64,000 nt of DNA, taken from assembly GCA_000934665.2 (NCBI GenBank), contig KZ538186.1, positions 1 to 64,000 on the forward strand, given 5' to 3'. Position 1 is the first letter of the stretch. Every line of letters starts with the position of its first letter. The notes under the pieces were generated by a model. The model searched no databases, had not been told where the DNA came from, and saw only the letters and a program-made list of their open reading frames with translations. This DNA is from Catajapyx aquilonaris (Eukaryota). The position numbers and the translations under genes were made by a program. Positions 60,601 to 64,000 of the stretch are shown piece after piece.

Positions 60601-62538
60601 TAGGATTTGGACTGTATGGGTCTTCTAATGGGGCAGCCGACTACAGTGTCCGGATTGAGCTTAAATGGCTTGGGAGAGTGCTGGCAGAGGATACGACCAA
60701 GTTCTTCTCAGATGGATCCAGCAGTACCTTCCATGTCTACTTTGAGCACCCTGTTCAGGTTTGACACTTTCAGTCTTGATAGAAACAATGAGATGTTCTG
60801 TTATGGCCTTCAGCCCTAGTTTGAGTACAGTTGTTGGTTTCAGTTTCTTCAGTAATCTCATTTCAAACTTAAAACATTACTTTTCCAGGTGGAACCTGAC
60901 ACATATTACACAGCTTCAGCAGTATTGGATGGTGGAGAGTTAAGCTACTTTGGACAAGAAGGGATGAGTGAGGTCAGCGTTGGATGTGTGACCTTCCAAT
61001 TCCAGTGCTCCTCAGAGAGCACCAATGGGACTGGGGTGCAAGGTGGCCAGATACCAGAGCTCATTTTTTATGGACCTGCACCATCTCCTTCTGCTCATGA
61101 TGATCACTGAATTAATTCCCAGGGGGAAGGGAGGGTTGGCCATGCTTATGTTGTTCACGTGTACAGGTAAATTTTTTCTCCTTCTTTCTGTATTACCACC
61201 GTTCTGACTTTCACCCTCCCTTTTTTGTTATTTTAAGTGTACATAAGTGCGTGTGTTCTGGTGTTTTATCCTGTAGATAATTGTTTTTATTTGATAACTG
61301 TGTAGTTTACATCAAGGTAGACTGGTATGATCAGTTGCAGAACCACCTGTTAGCTCTCACAGTGTTATGCTCCAGGACTTCAGGCTATTGTCTTATCATG
61401 TCAATCTCGTCAAACAATCCAGAGTGGTGGCTAAAGCATGCACGTAGACAGACTAATTGCTCCAGAAAAGCAGACAGCTTTGCACACTTCAGGCAGCTGC
61501 CGCTGGTATAATCAAGATGGTGCTGACATCAGCAGTGTAATTCAGAACAGCATATACCCAGCATATGGCAGCACTGACAGCAGTGAAGCACCCAGCAAAT
61601 TTTTTAGCCTGCTGTATTGTGGTAGTTCTACTAGCCTTTTGGGAGTATAATTTCTTGTCATCATCCAAAACACTTAACAAGTCTTCTTTCTGGAGCCACA
61701 AGCCCAAATCATTGCAAAATATTCTAACTGCTCCTACCTGTCTACTTTGAATATACTAATGGGGAGGGGGGGACAGAAGTGAGGTTGAATACTCTTAACC
61801 TGAAGGCTCAGGACTCAGAAGGGTCTGTGCCATAACTCATATGCAAAAAGAAAAAAAAACACTCCCGAGTTCTTTATTTTCTCCACCCAACTACTTCTGC
61901 ATGTGTGAGTGTGTGAGACGCATGTCTAAGTGTGCATGGGAAGAACTCTCAATTGTAGGGGGAAGCAATACTTCTAGTGTAGGAACATATTGGGAGCAGC
62001 AATTCCCATACTGTACGGTAGCTTTTCCTTCACTCCATGTTATGTTTAGGTACTCATTCCGGATGCAACATTCCACCGGATTCATTTTGGTTTTGTGTTC
62101 GCACTCCTCCTAGAACATATTCATATGTAACCTACATTATGACTTAGCCATGTATTCATAATAAAAAAGTGAGTAGCTAATTCCAATCTATTATTTTGTA
62201 ATCAAGAGAACTATGAGCTGACAGGAAGCAGTCCCTAATATCCACTAAATGGTCATCATTTATTACCTGTACTACTTCATGCATTGAGGTACTCACCAAG
62301 GATGGGTATGTTGAGGCACAGTGCACTTGACAGGCGGAGGTAGGTACGTCCAAGCTCGAAGACATCCACTTGAAGAATGTCACTGAAGTCAAGCAACATG
62401 TGGGGAGTACCTTCCGTGCGGCAGGTGATGTACACACAAGCACCCACTATCAGAGCTCCCTTGCGGCCACGGGTGAGATGGCGGGAGAGAGCCAGCTTGA
62501 AGTAGTTGTACGAAGTGTCAACACAGTGCTGGTTCAGC
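35315..62538 (-). CDS. BRF1: BRF1 / TFIIIB 90 kDa subunit, 5'-partial; exons 62538-62297, 52158-51661, 41923-41458, 35905-35484, 35424-35315
   Basis: TFIIB-like cyclin repeats ([26 protein letters not shown]...[22 protein letters not shown]...[19 protein letters not shown]...[11 protein letters not shown]), BRF1 C-terminal TBP-binding block ([13 protein letters not shown]...[23 protein letters not shown]) and acidic tail. Exon phases join in frame. Zn-ribbon exons lie beyond 64000. Confidence 0.95.
35484..35905 (-). CDS. BRF1: BRF1 low-complexity acidic exon
   Basis: catccag|G TCG CAA...GAT TAT G|gtaagc; open frame with ENGVENVV repeats and VVVESGPV; phases match neighbouring exons. Confidence 0.85.
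35705..35815 (-). repeat. Coding 12/24-nt tandem repeat in BRF1 (ENGVENVV)
   Basis: Repeated ttctccaccccattctccaccaca on +. Confidence 0.85.
36798..38023. mobile_element. Non-autonomous DNA transposon with TIRs of about 95 bp and a nested TIR element (about 36905-37679)
   Basis: ACCCTCCTAAATTTTG...CAAAATTGAGGAGGGT with AAGAAGA on both flanks; inner TTACCTCTAATATTGCGGC...GCCGCAATATGAGAGGTAA. Confidence 0.75.
39226..39920 (+). mobile_element. Internally deleted Tc1/mariner (DD41D/rosa-like) transposon with transposase pseudogene
   Basis: TA|CAGGGTGTCCACAA...TTGTGGACACCCTG|TA, TIRs of about 115 bp; [10 protein letters not shown]...[14 protein letters not shown] / WGYIKDAVF with a frameshift. 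Confidence 0.92.
39966..40412. mobile_element. MITE-like inverted repeat
   Basis: ATTACATAGTTCTAACTCCA...TGGAGTTAGAACTATGTAGT; internal TTCTAACTCC repeats. Confidence 0.6.
41458..41923 (-). CDS. BRF1: BRF1 exon, C-terminal TBP-binding region
   Basis: gattag|GG CCC AGC...AAA AG|gtaata; GPSPASLGL...[17 protein letters not shown]...[12 protein letters not shown]. Confidence 0.93.
41962..42628. mobile_element. Palindromic MITE interrupted by a SINE
   Basis: CCAGCCCCCCGCAAC...GAGTCCCCTATCCCTGGATGTG mirrored by CACATCCAGGGATAGGGGACTC...GTTGCGGGGGGCTGG. Confidence 0.75.
42217..42492 (+). mobile_element. tRNA-derived SINE, family A
   Basis: Head nearly identical to the 4221 copy; TSD ATTTAGGTAGGTTCA (42202-42216, 42493-42507). 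Confidence 0.9.
42712..42979 (-). mobile_element. tRNA-derived SINE, family B (V-domain-like)
   Basis: TGGCGTAGTGG and GAGTTCGATCC boxes; core GCGTGGGTTTTCTCGGG...CCGTTTCCTCCCAC; (TAT)n tail; TSD CCTACTTATGC.TGATA. Confidence 0.88.
44120..44510. repeat. GC-rich inverted repeat element
   Basis: GGCCTCTTTCACACAAGGCCACCATGGCAGC versus GCTGCCATGGTGGCCTCGTGAGAAAGAGGCC. Confidence 0.65.
45348..45641 (+). mobile_element. tRNA-derived SINE, family C
   Basis: TAGCCAAGATGG and GGTTCGATCCC boxes; A-rich tail; TSD ACCAC(C/T)AAGATAC. Confidence 0.85.
46143..47617. mobile_element. Non-autonomous DNA transposon (AATT flanks, possibly Sola-like) containing SINE fragments at about 46480-46715
   Basis: AATT|GAATAGGCAAGACGAG.AAGGGCCCAACTCCA...TGGAGTTGGGCCCTT.CTCGTCTTGCCTATTC|AATT. 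Confidence 0.7.
48929..49543. mobile_element. Old inverted-repeat element
   Basis: ATGCGACGGAGAGGGTAAAA...GATCCTTCC..TACTTTAT mirrored by ATAAAGTA..GGAAGGATC...TTTTACCCACTCCGTTGCAT. Confidence 0.6.
49574..51531. mobile_element. piggyBac-like shell with two nested palindromic MITEs and a SINE
   Basis: TTAG|CCCCTTC...GAAGGGG|TTAA outer TIRs; inner elements about 49670-50431 and 50436-51445 delimited by AGCT. Confidence 0.75.
50140..50392 (-). mobile_element. tRNA-derived SINE, family B (second copy)
   Basis: Closely matches 42712-42979; TSD CAAACATATTCATAA (50125-50139, 50393-50407). Confidence 0.88.
51620..51651. repeat. (CTA)n microsatellite next to a BRF1 splice donor
   Basis: About 10 CTA units. 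Confidence 0.9.
51661..52158 (-). CDS. BRF1: BRF1 exon, second cyclin repeat
   Basis: tctttccag|AT CCA TGT...GAA GAA G|gttagt; ORF 51656..52180. Confidence 0.96.
53407..53502 (+). pseudogene. tRNA-like Pol III cassette in left foldback arm
   Basis: GGCC...GGCCA acceptor-like ends, A box TGGCCCAGTTGG, B box GGTTCGAGCC, downstream T-run; anticodon arm does not pair. Confidence 0.6.
54604..54699 (-). pseudogene. tRNA-like Pol III cassette in right foldback arm
   Basis: Reverse-complement copy of 53407-53502. Confidence 0.6.
55330..55711 (+). promoter_or_regulatory. Candidate BTBD3/6 promoter / 5' UTR
   Basis: Local GC/CpG-rich patch in CpG-poor surroundings, ATTGG (reverse CCAAT) near 55360, YY1/Pho-type CAAAATGGCG at 55530-55539. 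Confidence 0.5.
55712..55898 (+). CDS. BTBD6: BTBD3/6 probable first coding exon
   Basis: GCC ATG in a CpG-rich patch; [11 protein letters not shown]...[13 protein letters not shown]|gtgaga; phase 1 matches the acceptor at 58129. Confidence 0.75.
55712..61110 (+). CDS. BTBD6: BTB-BACK-PHR protein of the BTBD3/BTBD6 (Drosophila lute-like) group; exons 55712-55898, 58129-58657, 59114-59330, 59969-60334, 60498-60758, 60889-61110; about 593 aa
   Basis: [27 protein letters not shown]...[19 protein letters not shown] (BTB); [30 protein letters not shown] (BACK); [25 protein letters not shown]...[18 protein letters not shown] (PHR). All introns GT-AG and in phase. BTBD3 versus BTBD6 cannot be separated (vertebrate paralogs). 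Confidence 0.95.
56916..57450 (+). mobile_element. tRNA-derived SINE, family C, interrupted by a hAT MITE
   Basis: TGGCCGAGATGG and GGTTCGATCCC boxes; TSD ATATAGACTAACTT (56902-56915, 57451-57464). Confidence 0.85.
57197..57410. mobile_element. hAT MITE
   Basis: TIR CAGTGGTTTCCAACC; perfect 8-bp TSD CCATAAGG; related end at 43902. Confidence 0.9.
58129..58657 (+). CDS. BTBD6: BTBD3/6 exon (BTB domain)
   Basis: tttgacag|TC CTC CCG ATG...CTC AA|gtaaga. Confidence 0.95.
59114..59330 (+). CDS. BTBD6: BTBD3/6 exon
   Basis: ttttccag|G TAC CTG TAC...GCA CAG|gtataa. Confidence 0.95.
59969..60334 (+). CDS. BTBD6: BTBD3/6 exon (BACK domain)
   Basis: ctcttcag|GCG GAG ATG...CCA CAG|gttaga. Confidence 0.95.
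60498..60758 (+). CDS. BTBD6: BTBD3/6 exon (PHR domain)
   Basis: cacacag|GTG TGT CAC...GTT CAG|gtttga. Confidence 0.95.
60889..61110 (+). CDS. BTBD6: BTBD3/6 last coding exon
   Basis: ttttccag|GTG GAA CCT...CAC TGA. Confidence 0.95.
   Translation: MEPDTYYTASAVLDGGELSYFGQEGMSEVSVGCVTFQFQCSSESTNGTGVQGGQIPELIFYGPAPSPSAHDDH
62297..62538 (-). CDS. BRF1: BRF1 exon, first cyclin repeat (missing from the ORF track)
   Basis: Minus strand ctccttcag|G CTG AAC CAG...ATC CTT G|gtgagt; [80 protein letters not shown]. Confidence 0.95.
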
Positions 62539-62875
62539 CTGAAGGAGTAAAAGATTTTGAGGGTCTGAGTTACAATGGGAGTGTTTTTTTTGTTGTTTTT
62601 TTTGAAAGCTTTCTAGGACAAAATTGCACTCCCAACAAAAAACATGCAAAATGATGTGCAGTATTCCCCCATATCAGTTGTTTCACCAGCCACAGTGTCA
62701 ATTGCCCATTGCCTCCCAAAATCAGAAATCAATCATTTTGAATTCGTAAATTTCATGCATGCTCATATGCCTGGGAAGCATCATGAATCATCCTTTTGTC
62801 AACTTTTTTCCCCATCTCCTACTTGGACAGACATCCTGTATCATTCAGTGTAAACAACTCTATCAGAGGTAGATA

Positions 62876-63047
62876 CAGTCAACTCTGGATGTAAGAGACT
62901 TCCAAGGGATCGCAGAAGTCAGCATCCTACATTGAGGTTTCCTATATCCTAAATAATGTGCAGGAATGGTATACCGGGACCAGCCTTTCAAGTTGGCTAT
63001 AACCGAGGGTTGCTTATAGCTGAGGCTCTTATATCTGGAGTCGACTG
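62876..63047. mobile_element. pogo/Tigger-like MITE
   Basis: TA|CAGTCAACTCTGGAT...ATCTGGAGTCGACTG|TA. Confidence 0.75.
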
Positions 63048-63049
63048 TA

Positions 63050-63952
63050 TGAGGGTTGTCCAAAAAGTATCAGACTTTTATTTTTTTCGCGGAAACAAAT
63101 GAAGCACGGTAGGTGTCCTCTGGTGGTTAGGTGGTAGAGTACCTTCATGAATATTCATGAATTTTCTCCCGTCGCCAGAAAGAGTCGGTCGCCGGCAGTC
63201 AGCCTGTGAGTGACCCACGGTCTACTAGGCCCCTGTCGGATTTTCGTTTTCCGCGAAAATGAGGGAACGTCGTGAACAGCAGAACGACCCACCACTCGTC
63301 ACCAGTTATCACGGTGTTCAGGAAGTGGGGGTCACCGTTTGTGGAGTCCAGCATGTCTTGCGAGACTTCCAGACGGAATTCCTTCTACTCCGGTGGTCAG
63401 AGAGCTTCTGCGCGAATTTTGCACACACTACGCAAGGTCAAATCCTCCCTCAAAATAAAATGTAACAGAACCAGTGCTTATCCCCACCTCATCTGCAAGT
63501 TCTCGAACTGTGACACAACAGTCCCGCATGACCAAAGGTCAGCACTTGGTGAATGACGTTGTCATTTCGGCTTGATGGGGGCCTATCGGAATGTGAGTCT
63601 CTCTCCACCGACATTTGGCCATCTTTGAAACGGTTTTATCCCTGCATAACATGTGATGCCCATGGCATCATCGCTGAAAGCCTTCTGAATCTTCCGAATA
63701 GTTTCCACTTGGGTATAGCCAGGCGTGAAGGCAAAATTTGATGCAACACCTCTGTTTGACCTAAATCCAACAGGCGCCTAGTACCCTCGGTCACTCAAAG
63801 GCTCACTGCCAGAAACTGCCTCTCTGGGGGGGCGGAAAAGAAATTCACAAATACTCATGAAAGTACTACCCACCTCCCCACCAGAGGACACCTCCCATGC
63901 TTCATTTGTTTCTGTGAAAAAAAAAAGTCAGATACTTCTTGGACAGCCCTCA
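63050..63952 (-). mobile_element. Deleted mariner element with decayed transposase N-terminus
   Basis: TA|TGAGGGTTGTCCAAAAAGTATC...GATACTTCTTGGACAGCCCTCA|TA; minus-strand remnant ELADEVGISTGSV / ILREDLTLRSVC typical of the mariner HTH region, with frameshifts. Confidence 0.85.
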
Positions 63953-64000
63953 TATACAGGGTGAAGGGAAACTCGCAGTAAGAATCCTCCGGGTACGACA

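Overview
Intron-rich animal genomic DNA, not prokaryotic; protein motifs and repeat types point to an arthropod. Three protein-coding genes could be reconstructed exon by exon from GT-AG boundaries and frame continuity. (1) SNAP-25 on + (CDS 14898-28557, about 213 aa). It carries two tandemly duplicated exon pairs: a mutually exclusive 49-nt internal pair (23064-23112 / 23326-23374) and two alternative last exons (27347-27412 / 28492-28557). (2) BRF1 (TFIIIB 90 kDa subunit) on -, convergent with SNAP-25, with five exons between 62538 and 35315 and its 5' end outside the window. (3) A BTBD3/BTBD6 (lute-like) BTB-BACK-PHR gene on + (55712-61110, about 593 aa), nested antisense in a BRF1 intron. 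Introns contain tRNA-derived SINEs, Tc1/mariner relics and many, often nested, MITEs, including a 1.7-kb foldback with a tRNA-like Pol III cassette in each arm. The main highlight is the second SNAP-25 exon 4: it keeps the SNARE core layers but replaces residues equivalent to the synaptotagmin-1 primary interface, and it is flanked by RBFOX and QKI/How motifs. This suggests one gene makes both a neuronal SNAP-25 and a SNAP-23-like isoform by splicing. Comparisons with human genes and residue numbers are from recalled knowledge, not searches.
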